This document shows positions 48,073-59,541 of a DNA stretch of 64,000 bases, in pieces. The stretch is from Azolla caroliniana (taxonomy: Eukaryota > Plantae > Polypodiophyta), in assembly GCA_043228905.1 (NCBI GenBank), contig JBHGNT010000006.1, forward strand, positions 5,580,001-5,644,000. Reading direction: 5' to 3'. The notes under the pieces are model-generated. The model had not been told where the DNA came from. It did not search any database and was given only the letters and a program-made list of their open reading frames with translations. The translations under genes and the position numbers were made by a program. How positions within the stretch are numbered: the stretch's first letter is position 1; every line of letters starts with the position of its first letter.

Positions 48073-51000
48073 TCATTTCCATCCAAGTCTCTCGAAGAGA
48101 AGCGGAAGGTCAAAGGGTTGCGATGTGGATGTGGCCCGTGGTCCCCATGTAAGAGGTACCCCAACCATAGCTTCTAGTCGACGTAGCTCACGTTCCCTTA
48201 TCTTCTTAATCTTGTCTACTCCACGTTGACTTGTTTTGAAGCCCAACATTCGAGGGCGTTTCGTTGTTCTTTGCATTTCTGCTTCCTCAAGGGAGAGGCC
48301 GAGCGGCGTAAGTGTATCCACATTCATCGTCTCCCCTTGTTCCTGAAAAATTACACTAGTTACATGGTGATGAATACTAAGAGGGTTATCGTTAGCACTT
48401 TGTAATTTATTCTCCCTATGTTGTTTTAGGTCTAAGATATATCTACCTAGTCTCTTTACATTCGGGGTATCTAATAGTTTGGAGAGGGTGGGAGAGGGTC
48501 CTAGTATGTCTTGGTATTCCGCTCGTATCTCGGCATAAGTTGGGCATTTGCATGTGAAGTGATACTCATCCTCTATCTCTATGTGGCATAACCTACATAA
48601 CCTTTCCTCTCTAGGGACTCTATTAGCCCGACCATTCTCAATCTCAAGTTGGTGAGATGATATCCTAAGTTGTCCAATGGCCACCCTTAGTGCATTTGAT
48701 AAGAATGTATCTAAATATCTTGGTCGTGTAATAAAGCCTAGCATAGAGAAGCGCAAGAAGTGTTCCTTATAGTACACCATTTTAGATGGGAGTGGTTCTC
48801 GTGGGGTGATCCATTTGTATCGAGTGTAAATTTGCCATATTTCTTGGCGTATCACTTTATTACGATCTTCGTGAGAGATTAAAGTTTGATCAGTCCCATG
48901 GTTGTACTTAAGGGGAGGTAGGTTATTAATGTCTATGCCGTTCGCACGGAGCCAACTCACCACGATGCTATACCAAGAGCTAGTGTCGCCAGACACATAT
49001 AAAGATCGAGATGCCTCAAAGGCTCGACGGGATATCCTATCTTGTGGTTGGCTATGTATCCGATGAATAAAAACTACCACTTGAAAGAGTGCTTCTACTA
49101 ACATCGGGGGTAGACTGAACTCAGCTCTAATAATGTCATGTGGTACTGTCGATTTGCTTCGGAGTTGACGTGATAACATCGTCACTAAAGGTCTCTCTAA
49201 TTGCGTCCACATGAAAGATGGTAAACCTGGAGCCCATACTACTGATGCATACATGATGGACGGGGTCACTAATGAGTCAAAAAGCCATCCCTTAGTCCGT
49301 GGCTCTTGAAAGTATGCCTGATGGCATTGTCTCTCTAAGAGTGAGAGGGATGCATACCCTCTCGTTAGCCTATCTTTGGCTGCCTGGGTCATCGAGAATT
49401 TACCTGAGCGAGCACTAAAGGTGACTCCCAAGTATACATACGATCCCACTACCTCAACTGGTTTATGAGAGAGGATTAGGTGACATTGACTCCTAACTCG
49501 GGAGGATGTATGAAAGATAAGGACTTTAGTTTTCGCTAAATTCACTACCAGTCCTCGTTGTGTACAAAAGTCATCCAGGGCATTAAGATGCTTTTGTAGG
49601 TCGTGTTCCGACTCTGAGAGCAAGACAATGTCGTCTGTGTAGAGTAAGAGACTAACTTGCGTCTCCCCAATAGCTACTCCCTTGCCTCCCTTACGAGCAA
49701 TAAAATCAGTGATCTCATCAATGTAGATCCCAAAAAGAGTCGGTGATAGGGGGCAACCCTGTTTTACACCAATGGTGCTAGTGAAACAATCAGATAGGCC
49801 ACCTGGGCATCTTACACACCCAGAGACTTGCTCATATAGGGCATAAATGGCCCAGATCATGTCATCTGGTATCTCCAAGCTCTTAAGTCTATCAAACAAC
49901 CTTTCCCTAGGAACCGTGTCAAAGGCCTTGCGAAAGTCCACAAAGCAACAATATAGTTTCTTCTTACGAGCCTTTGTCTGGTCAATTAAGCACCTGAGTG
50001 TGAAGATATGGTCAATAGTGGAGAAGGCTCGTCTAAAGCCAGCTTGCTCAGGTGCTCGAAGACTTAATGTTTCCATATAATCACTGAGCTCCGCTTCCAT
50101 TACTGCACCATATAGTTTAGCGAGCGTATGACCTATCATAACAGTCCTATATGTATTTGGGTCCATTGAGTCCCCTCCTTTATGTATAGGGGCCACTGTG
50201 TTCATGGCCCATTGTGGTGTAAAACCCTCGGCGAGGGCGCGGTTGAAGATTAGAGCGAGAAGGGGGGCTAGGCACTCTCGAGCATATATGATGTGCTCGG
50301 CACACAATCCTGTGTGGTCCATGGATTTCCTATGTTGTAATTTTTTGATGACCTTCGTGACCCTAGAGGTCGTGAAAAGTGTCCCCATGGTAGGTCGAGG
50401 TGTGGAGGGCATTGGAATGGGTGGTTGGTTCGGGACATGGTAGAGTCTCTCAATATATGTGTGCCAAATATTGGGATCCTCGATGGGTGTTTGTGGTCTC
50501 GGTTCCCGTAGCCTCTTCCATGCGAGGGCACAATCCCTACTCATGAGCATATGGTAGAGTTCCCAATATTGAGATGCTTCCCAAGCCCGTCTTTTACGAC
50601 GTGTCATCTTGCGCATCTCTTTGCGAGCCTGTACTGAGGAAATAGTACCACTAAGCCGCGATACTTTAAGTTGTCTATACAACTCTCTACAATCCTCATC
50701 ATACCACTTGTTCTGTGGCATAGACCCAACTCTACTATGATTGGAGTCTTTCGTGTATGGGAAGCTACTAGTTGCTGCTGAGTGGAGGATGTGTGTGAGT
50801 TCTGTAGTGAGGTGCTCTAAAGGCAAGGAAGAATCAAAAGAGGAGAGATGCGCTTGAACATGTCGAGAATAGATGTCAGCGAGCTCATGCGTGAAATGTA
50901 TTATAGTGCAATGGGTTGGTTTACTAGAGTTGGTGGCGTGGGAGGCGTCACATTTTAGCTCAAAGTATAGGAAGCTATGGTCTGCGCCAATGGGGCATGG

Positions 51001-51816
51001 GGCCACCCGGAAGGAGCTAACCATGTGGGTAGCTTCAGGGCGTCCTATTAGGTAATCAACTGTGCTTTCCCCTCCTCCATGTGGGAAACATGTGAGCTCT
51101 TCCGAGCCCGGCCACTTGGCTAAGCCATTATATATGATCATCTGGTGTCGGCTTCCCAGTTCAAGCAGATGATGGCCAAAGCTTGTGGCGTTCGCACCTT
51201 GATCTTTTGATGTACGTGTTATGCCTAAGGCTAAAGGGTCGACATTCACCATTTCTAGGTTTCTATCCATCTGAAATATTGTGCATTGGCGGGATTGGGT
51301 TCTCGCATTGAAATCTCCTACAAGGAAGACTTCCCCTTGAGAAGAATATCGGATTATGTCATCCGATAAAGGTTCGTATGGAGAAGGCCCATGTGGCGTT
51401 CCTTCATCAACTATACTCGCCCCTCCAGCCATATTATACCGAGATCCTTTCGGGGGGAAGTAACAAATGGCAATAAATATCACCTGATCTTTGCTAGTGA
51501 GTACTTTCACCCACATAAAACGGGCTTTTGGGTCTTTCTTTAGTATTTCTATCCTACTATGTATCTCTCTCCGAAATAATATCGCAACCCCTCCAGACCC
51601 TCTAGTAGTGTGTCGACGTGAGGTTTGTCTAAAGACAGATTCCCAACGAAAACCATCAACTCGTGGTAATCCTCGATTTGGACTTTGATGTGTTTCTACC
51701 AAAAAAAGTATATCAGATACCCTCAAAATCTCCTCTAGACGGCCAGGGTGTGTCCAAAGTGCACCGTTACAATTCCATAAACTCATCCTAAGTCTATTAT
51801 TTGTCACATGGGCCAC
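48073..51816 (-). CDS. ORF2 (APE endonuclease, RT, CCHC zinc finger), 1247 aa
   Basis: LWNCNG, LVET, GDFNAR, VDY, ADH; FVDFRKAFDTV, GVKQGCPLSPTLF, YTDD; RLCRLC..EDEYHFTCKC. Confidence 0.93.
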   Translation of the reverse strand: MAHVTNNRLRMSLWNCNGALWTHPGRLEEILRVSDILFLVETHQSPNRGLPRVDGFRWESVFRQTSRRHTTRGSGGVAILFRREIHSRIEILKKDPKARFMWVKVLTSKDQVIFIAICYFPPKGSRYNMAGGASIVDEGTPHGPSPYEPLSDDIIRYSSQGEVFLVGDFNARTQSRQCTIFQMDRNLEMVNVDPLALGITRTSKDQGANATSFGHHLLELGSRHQMIIYNGLAKWPGSEELTCFPHGGGESTVDYLIGRPEATHMVSSFRVAPCPIGADHSFLYFELKCDASHATNSSKPTHCTIIHFTHELADIYSRHVQAHLSSFDSSLPLEHLTTELTHILHSAATSSFPYTKDSNHSRVGSMPQNKWYDEDCRELYRQLKVSRLSGTISSVQARKEMRKMTRRKRRAWEASQYWELYHMLMSRDCALAWKRLREPRPQTPIEDPNIWHTYIERLYHVPNQPPIPMPSTPRPTMGTLFTTSRVTKVIKKLQHRKSMDHTGLCAEHIIYARECLAPLLALIFNRALAEGFTPQWAMNTVAPIHKGGDSMDPNTYRTVMIGHTLAKLYGAVMEAELSDYMETLSLRAPEQAGFRRAFSTIDHIFTLRCLIDQTKARKKKLYCCFVDFRKAFDTVPRERLFDRLKSLEIPDDMIWAIYALYEQVSGCVRCPGGLSDCFTSTIGVKQGCPLSPTLFGIYIDEITDFIARKGGKGVAIGETQVSLLLYTDDIVLLSESEHDLQKHLNALDDFCTQRGLVVNLAKTKVLIFHTSSRVRSQCHLILSHKPVEVVGSYVYLGVTFSARSGKFSMTQAAKDRLTRGYASLSLLERQCHQAYFQEPRTKGWLFDSLVTPSIMYASVVWAPGLPSFMWTQLERPLVTMLSRQLRSKSTVPHDIIRAEFSLPPMLVEALFQVVVFIHRIHSQPQDRISRRAFEASRSLYVSGDTSSWYSIVVSWLRANGIDINNLPPLKYNHGTDQTLISHEDRNKVIRQEIWQIYTRYKWITPREPLPSKMVYYKEHFLRFSMLGFITRPRYLDTFLSNALRVAIGQLRISSHQLEIENGRANRVPREERLCRLCHIEIEDEYHFTCKCPTYAEIRAEYQDILGPSPTLSKLLDTPNVKRLGRYILDLKQHRENKLQSANDNPLSIHHHVTSVIFQEQGETMNVDTLTPLGLSLEEAEMQRTTKRPRMLGFKTSQRGVDKIKKIRERELRRLEAMVGVPLTWGPRATSTSQPFDLPLLFERLGWK

Positions 51817-51822
51817 ACGCCG

Positions 51823-52078
51823 TCAATTGGCAGCGCGATCATTTATTATGACCCGTCCGTCTCGGTAGAAGGCACGATGCCCCTCTTTACGAGCTTGTAT
51901 GACTCGCGGCATACAAGTTTTACGATGCTCAATTTGCATCTTGGTCAAGTCTTCATCGAGGTAGATGGGCTCCCCGCCCAATCCTCGAAGAATTGGTCTC
52001 TTTTTAAAAAAGGCGATTCTAGATTCCGAGTCCTTAAATTGAAGAACTAAAGCTCTTTTCCTAGTGGTGTCACGCCCT
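51823..52078 (-). CDS. Truncated ORF1 C-terminus (L1/CR1-type RRM-CTD-like)
   Basis: RALVLQFKD...IYLDEDLT..Q...R......ARKEGHRAFYRDGRVIIN*, ending 6 nt before the ORF2 ATG. The track's N-terminal residues come from flanking GA repeat. Confidence 0.7.
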
Positions 52079-52131
52079 AGAGAGACTACACAAACGAGGA
52101 GAGAGAGAGAGAGGGAGGGAGACAACATATA

Positions 52132-52173
<42 letters not shown>

Positions 52174-53709
52174 ACACAGAGGGGAGAGAGAGAGAGAGAG
52201 AGAGGAACTACATAGAGGGGAGAGAGAGAGAGACTACATAGAGGGGAGAGAGAGAGAGGGAGGGAGAGTCGAGACCATAGACGTGAGAGAGAGAGGATTT
52301 ACATAGAGGGGAGAGAGAGTCGAGACCACAAACGTGAGAGAGAGTGGGAGGGATCATCTGAGAGAGAGAGAGAGAGGGAGGTAGGGAGAGAGAGAGAGAG
52401 AGAGACGGAGGTTTCTAAACCGGTTTGGAAACCGGTTTACAAGACGTTTACCAAGCCGGTTCACAAACCGGTTTAGCCTAAACCGGTTTGTGAACCGGCT
52501 CGGCTCGGCTCGGCTCAGGTTTGAGATCCTGTAAACGGTTTAGGCTTAGCCGGTTTGGCTTGGATCAGGCCAAACCGGCTAAGCCTAAACCGAACCGTTG
52601 CCGATCCCTAGCGCTAAGCATCTACACCTATTTATTGCAGGCATCCACATGCTATGATGTATGAACACCATCTCCTAATTGGTGGGCATGCACAATGGTT
52701 CATGTTGAGTTCCAAACTCTTGATCCAACGTCAATCTAGGATGTGTGATCCTTGGTCAAATGCACCCTCTAACTGCATCAACTTATTACAATCTCCGCAT
52801 TTGGTAGTGGACAAAACCTTAGTGAAAGACACATCCATAGTGTTGTCATCTTCATCGAGATTGATCAGTGCTACTAAGTGAATCCTTACTAATTGAGCCA
52901 AGCCTTGTGCTTCTAGACATATCTACTAGGTGTAAGGTTTTGCTTGTAAAAATCCATTTGTACAATAATGAATGCATTCTTTAAAGTAAGTGTATTAGGT
53001 CCCTTATGTGATTGTTTTGAAGTCAATTCCATCTCTTCATTGTGAGACCTAATGCAATATATTCGCAAAGTCCATCACACACCGTTGTTGATTGATTTGA
53101 AAACATATGTGCCATCCGTAATGCTTAATGGAGTTAGATTGCAAAAAATCCATTAGAACCCATTTATACTACAATGTTATTTCCTCAACAAATTTCCTAA
53201 AATCACATCACATCCAAGATGAACGTCGAGAAAAACTAATAGTCAATTTCAATGATATCATCAACAATACCATAACAATCGAGAGTACTCGAATATGCAC
53301 CAAATAGACATTCATGTTATTCAAACATAGTCATTAAATGTTTGTTAAACATAGATAATTAGATGTAGTTTGATCAATAAATGAATTTTGAAAATGCCTC
53401 TCCATGGTAATCTCATTTGCTATCAATATTAGGATCCCCTCCTTCCTTGATATTGCAAAAATGGGCATGGAATCTGTCATGCATTTCCCATTATGGAATT
53501 TCTTGTAACTCTACAAGCATTATATATTATCATAATTTGTTCTCTTTTCGCCATTGTACCCAAGCATCCACTTCTTCTAGTATCAAGCATCATACATGAC
53601 CACCCATTTGTCTTTGCCATTCTTTCCTCGTCTTTGCTATGGAAGCGGATTCAATCTCTTTGCGCAATATCCATACCAAACTTGCAACTTGCAAGTATGA
53701 ACATGTGCT

Positions 53710-53723
53710 CACACACACACACA

Positions 53724-53780
<57 letters not shown>
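53710..53780. repeat. Compound (CA)n(CT)n microsatellite
   Basis: Visible directly in the sequence. Confidence 0.95.
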
Positions 53781-53783
<3 letters not shown>

Positions 53784-53906
53784 AATAAATGTGTGTTATT
53801 AAAACAAGATTATAATACAACCCTTGTTATCTTCCCTATTGCATAAATAGTGATAATGCAAGGGAAACCCTCTCAAGTGTTGCAAAAGTAGACGACATAC
53901 CTCTAT

Positions 53907-56900
53907 TGTAGAAGACAAGGCCGTCAATGCGGAAGATCAAGTAGCATTCGATTGGGGTTGAGTACCTGCGTATGACAGTTTCCAAGATCGTGCACAGAGA
54001 TAGAGAGAGAGAGAGAGAGGAGGCACACAAGACTCTTTCTATTCAATAGAAACAATAATACAACCAACCTTACAAAAAGGTTACTAGGTCACTTTATATA
54101 GTGACCGACTTAGGGCAACTACCATTTATGCTAATTACACAAATGGCCCAAACTTGAGCTATACAAAGGGATAGTGTGAATACGTCCATTATACACTTGT
54201 ATTCGACACTCCCCCGTAATGGGCGTATACATGGGTTATCTAAGATTACAGGTATAAACCTAGGTTCTCGGACATATCAGTTTTTGTTCAAGTCGGCAGG
54301 GTCCGAAGGCAGAAGACCGAACTGGTCGGGTCGGAAGAGTTGAAGCCGATCATTAAGGAACTGATATCGGTTGTCCGAAACCATCCTGCGCTGTGTCCGG
54401 CTCTAACCGGACTGGTTTGTCGTTACGCCCATCTGATGCCGAAGGGACCGAAAGCGATCTGCCGAAAGACACTTGGTCATTCCATCTGCAACATTGTCGG
54501 TTGTGGATATTTTCTCTAGACCGATTTTCCCTGAAATGACGCAGTCCCGAACGAAGTGATATCGAACGTCGATATGTTTGGAGGCGTTGTGGTGAACCGG
54601 ATTTTTCGACAAGGCAACAGCACCTTGACTGTCGCTATAGACAACTAGGGCCGAGTCATGGTCGACTTGTCGAAACGTGTGCGCCAGCCGGCCGAGCCAC
54701 AAAGCTTCTTTTGCAGCGTCGGACGCAGCTACATATTCTGCTTCGGTCGTTCAGGTCGCTGTGCACTCCTGAAGTTTCGACTTCCACGAAATTGCTCCAT
54801 TGCCGAATTTGAAGCAGTATCCAGTTGTTGATTTCCGACTGTCTATACAGCCGGCGAAGTCCGAGTCGGTGTAACCGACTACGCCTGAGGTTGAGTTCGG
54901 ACCGAAAAGAATGCCGTGGTCTTTTGTGCCAGCCAGATATTTGAACACATGCTTGACTGCGTTCCAATGCGATCGGCCAGGATTGTGCATAAATCTGCTA
55001 ACGACTCCTACGGCATGAGAAATATCAGGCCGTGTCGCGACCATCAGGTACATGAGGGAGCCGACTGCCGGTGCATACGGTACCGACTTCATATCTTCCC
55101 CCTCCGGACCGGATGTCGGGCAGTCCCGCTGAGAGAGCCGAAGATTCATGGGGAGCGGGGTTGAAGCAGATTTGGCTGATTGCATGTTGAAGCGTTCCAA
55201 GACACGTCCGATATAGTCGGTCTGAGACAAAAAAAGATGTCGTTTATCGCGATGCCGACTAATCTTCATGCCAAGTATGTGTCGTGCCGGACCGAGGTCC
55301 TTCATGGCAAACTTCAACCGCAATTGCCGAATGAGATCGGCAAGTTCGCCCGCGTGGCGTCCAGAAATTAGCATGTCGTCCACGTAAATGATGAGGAAGA
55401 TGGGTGATCCATCTTGAGCTGTGTTGGTAAAAAGACAATGGTCCTCATCGCTTTTTGAGAAGCCGATCGATTGGATGAAGTCGTCGAACTTCTTGTACCA
55501 TTGTCGCGGTGCCTGTTTGAGGCCGTATAGACTCTTCCTGAGTCGGCAGACTAGATGTTCTTGGCCAGTTGCCACGAAGCCTTTTGGCTGCTCCATATAA
55601 ATTTCCTCTTCAAGATCACCATGGAGGAAGGCTGTTTTGACATCTAGCTAAATCAGCTCCAAGTTGTCGGCTGCCACTACGCCGAGTAGAAAACGAAGGG
55701 TTGTCATTTTCACCACTGGTGAAAAAATCTCGTCGAAGTCAACGCCATATTCTTGTCGGAAGCCCTTCGCAACTAATCTGGCCTTGTACTTTGGGGTGGT
55801 CGAATCAGACGTCTCTTTTAGTCGATAGACCCACTTGCAAGGAAGAGCACGTCGATTCTTAGGTAATTCGACCAGATCCCAAGTCTTGTTTGCCCGAATG
55901 GAGTGCATTTCCGACTCCATCGCCAGATGCCAGGTGGCTGAATCGACAGATGTCGATGCTTCTTCGTAAGACGTCGGTTCGCCGGCGTCGGTGAAGAAAA
56001 TTCCAGGAGAATACCTCTCCGGAGGTTGCGACAGTCTTTCGGATCGTCGAGGTATGATTGGACTGGTCGTATCGGGTATCGAGGTCGGATGGTCCGAAAG
56101 CGAATTATTCTGTTGTGCCGAGTCAGAGTTGTCCGAGTCGGTAGTGTAAGGTTCAGCTACCCGTGAAGCTGACCGTGTGTTGAGAGCGGGGCTTTCTTGA
56201 AGGGTCGGCACATCGGAAAATGTTACCCTTCGGACTTCGATCGGTGTTTCGACTGATGGATTCATAGCCGACTCGTTGAACACAACGTCCGAACTTCGAA
56301 CGATTTGTCTGCGTTCGGGGTCCCAGAGTCGGTATCCCATTTCGCCGTCTGATCCATATCCAAGGAAAATGCATTTCCTGGACCGAGGTGCAAGTTTTCG
56401 GCGATCATCTTTCGGAATAAGGGCGTACGCCTCGCATCCGAAGATCCTCAGCTTGTCGTAATTCGGCTTACTGCCGATCCATAGTTCCTGAGGAATTTGA
56501 AGTCCTAGAGGTCTGCTTGGCGACATATTGATTATGTGTACTGCCGTGAGTAGAGCCTCTGCCCAGAAGCCATCCGACAGTCCGGAGTGTTGGAGCATGG
56601 AAACTATCCGTTCTTGGATTGTTCGATTCATGCGTTCTGCAGTCCCGTTTTGCTCCGGACTGTGTGGTGCCGTAAATTCACGTCGGATGCCGCGTTGTCG
56701 ACAGAATTTGACGAATTCTTCTGATTTGAACTCTCCCCCATTGTCGGTCCGAAAGCATTTCAGTTTTCGGTCAGTTTGATTTTCTACCATAGCGAGCCAA
56801 TCGGAGAAGATCGAGAAGACACGATCTTTGGTGCGAATTGGATAAGCCCACACCTTTCGAGTCGAATCGTCAATAAAACTGACGAAGTAAGAGGCACCAC

Positions 56901-59277
56901 CGAGAGACTGATGCGGCATTGGGCCACAGACGTCCGAGTGGACTAAATCGAGAGGTCTCGTTTCTCTTGGTGCTGATGTCGGGTGTGATGCGGCTGCTTG
57001 TTTGCCATACTGGCAATGTTCGCAGAATTGATGGTCCGAGAAGGAGAGTTTAGGGATGTATCCGGCTCTAGATAGGTGCGTAATGCCGGCCTTGCTGAGG
57101 TGTCCTAATCTTCTGTGCCATAGTGATGACACAGGAATATCCACCAAAAACAGGTTACCCTCTCTGAGCGTAACATGTAACGGATACAGTGAGTGTATCT
57201 TGGGTCCTCTAGCAAGCAGGAGGTTCCCCCTGTGGAGTGTCCACCCTCCCGAAGAAAAACCGGCACGAATGCCGTCTTCATCTAGTTGTCCGACTGAGAT
57301 CAATGGCCTTGAGAGCTCGGGTACATGTCGGACATTGTGAAGTACAAGTGTAGAGCCACCTGCAAGGTTGAGCTCTACTGTGCCGATTCCAATGCTGTCA
57401 CAGTGTTGCGAGTTGCCGACTCGAACTGAGTCGGAGTGACGGATCGTATATTGCCGAAATTGGGATCGATGAGGAGTCACGTGAAATGACGCGCCCGAAT
57501 CTAAGAGCCATGTGCTCGATTCTTCAATCGTGAGCAGAACTTCTGATCCGACTGGATTTTCGATTGATAGTATATTCGGGTCGTTTGGTAGCACATCAGC
57601 TGAGAAGCTGACGTAATTGATCTCCTCATGCCGGCCACTCTTCTTGTCTGATTTCTGACACTTGTCGTTCTTGTTCTTGAGTGCGCGACAGTCGGCTTTG
57701 ATGTGTCCGGGTTTCTTGCAATAGTTGCAGATTCGATTATCCCGTGACTGGCTCCGTCTTCGCTGATTGTTCGGCTGCCGTGAGGAATCTCTTCCTCGTA
57801 TGTTCGATCGGTCTGTCGAACCTTGTACTACATAAGCGTCGTCTGTTGAGTCTTTGGCGAAAGACTTTCTCCGAGCTGCTTCGGTCAGAATTGCGCTCGT
57901 GACTTCGGAGTATTTAACAGCCGTGGTTGACGCGTTGCACACGGTTGTGACGAAAGTTTCCCATGATGAGGGAAGGCTGCTCATGAGTATCATTGCTCTG
58001 AGTTCATCCTCGATTGCCGTCCCCTGAGATGAGATTTGGGAGCTTATGCTTTCGTACTCATTGAGATGTGCTTGAACCGAATCTGATTCTTTCATCCTCA
58101 AGTTGTAGAGGCGCCGGATCAGGAACATCTTCGTTGCAGCGACCTTCTTTTCGTAGGTGTCCGACAGTGTTTTCCACAGTTCGAATGCTGTCGTACACGA
58201 TTGCACCGTAAAGTATACCGATTCCGATAGGTGCATCCGAATCGTGGCGCGGACGATTCTGTCCAGCTTCTGCCACTCAATTGGTTTGTATTCTTCTGGA
58301 GGTGCTTCACTTTCGATGGGATCGATTTGCCCCTTGACTATGAGATAGTCTTGCATTTGCTCCTTCCAGAAGTTGAAGTTCGATCCATCGAACTTTCGTA
58401 GACTCATTTCTGACGAGCCGGATGTTGATGTCATGACTCTGCCCTAAGTCGGCTACGAACTTTGGTGAAGTGCAGCGGTTTGGCCCACTCAGTGTCGTTC
58501 TAGCCGAAGTTGGACACAAGTGATGTTGATTACGGAGAATCGGGGATTTGGTTCGGATTGACTACCGACAACTGTCTTAGTCGAGTTGAACCTAGATTTG
58601 GCGATCCGACAGTACTTCAAGCCGATTCGGTTTCGGTTGACTGCAACGGTGAGAGCAATGGAACCGACTGGTCCTTCCGATTATTGTCCAATCGAATGAA
58701 ACGCGAACTGGGGTTGTCCTTGAAGTCGTCGTTGTGCAGGAAGCCCACCTCAAGCAGTTACGATCAAGGAAGTAGAGTACAGCTGACTGGCTTACTCCGA
58801 GTGATGATCTAACGCAGCGAGATTCAAGCTTGTGTTTGCCTACTTTCTTCTCTGTTTCTTCGAATGACGCAAGAAACCGAATGCTTTGCAGACTAGGATG
58901 AAGCAAAAGGCCGAATATTGTGCAGGCTGTGATGACGGCCGACAGCGGGTTGAGGGACCAGGCTCTGATACCATATGTAGAAGACAAGGCCGTCAATGCG
59001 GAAGATCAAGTAGCATTCGATTGGGGTTGAGTACCTGCGTATGACAGTTTCCAAGATCGTGCACAGAGATAGAGAGAGAGAGAGAGAGGAGGCACACAAG
59101 ACTCTTCCTATTCAATAGAAACAATAATACAACCAACCTTACAAAAAGGTTACTAGGTCACTTTATATAGTGACCGACTTAGGGCAACTACCATTTATGC
59201 TAATTACACAAATGGTCCAAACTTGAGCTATACAAAGGGATAGTGTGAATACGTCCATTATACACTTGTATTCGACA
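53907..59277 (-). mobile_element. Full-length Ty1/copia LTR retrotransposon
   Basis: 302-bp LTRs (53907-54208, 58976-59277) with TG...CA ends and 2 mismatches. TSD TCTAT. PBS TGGTATCAGAGCC (tRNA-iMet, 58961-58973). PPT GGGGGAG (54209-54215). Confidence 0.97.
54403..58434 (-). pseudogene. Copia gag-pol (Gag, PR, IN, RT, RNase H) in one frame with two premature stops
   Basis: CNYCKKPGHIKADC, WLLDSGASFH, HSDVCGP..RTDNGGEF..AERMN, YVDD, KHIDVRYHF. Stops TAG 55648-55650 and TGA 54751-54753; the three ORF-track pieces share one frame. Confidence 0.93.
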
Positions 59278-59541
59278 TCTATCTCCTCTTGGGACTGTCC
59301 CCATACAACATAGTTGCAAAAATTGCCAAATCAACTTCCCTTCATCCTACAGAGTTGTTGTGTTACCCCACCCCATGAAGTCCATCAAACTAGAACCCAT
59401 TTGTCATGGTCCAATTAAACCACATCCCCCAATTCCTAAGGTAGTCAAACACGACCTTACATGATGGTTCGGGCATGTCTTTATCGTCATCAATAAAAAC
59501 CCACTTAAAAGGTGACAAAATATTTCTTGTTATCGATGCCC

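Larger units (their letters stand above)
47853..52078 (-). mobile_element. 5'-truncated two-ORF non-LTR retrotransposon (RTEX/CR1-like)
   Basis: ORF1 C-terminus, then a full ORF2, a 3' UTR and a (CTTT)4 tail. Flanked by identical ~70-bp direct repeats. Confidence 0.88.
47456..52610. mobile_element. Non-autonomous hAT element carrying a nested LINE
   Basis: TIR TAGGGATCGGCAA(T/C)GG(C/T)TCGG; perfect 8-bp TSD GCGCTAAG (47448-47455, 52611-52618). Subterminal CGGCT/AAACCG arrays and a GA-rich core. Confidence 0.92.

Noticed and set aside
54751-55650. Programmed readthrough at the copia stops
   Set aside because: The stops replace conserved residues inside RT and RNase H, not at a gag-pol boundary; mutation is the simpler explanation.
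59283-59530. Coding-like remnant flanking the copia insertion
   Set aside because: Interrupted by stops and not assignable to any family from sequence alone.
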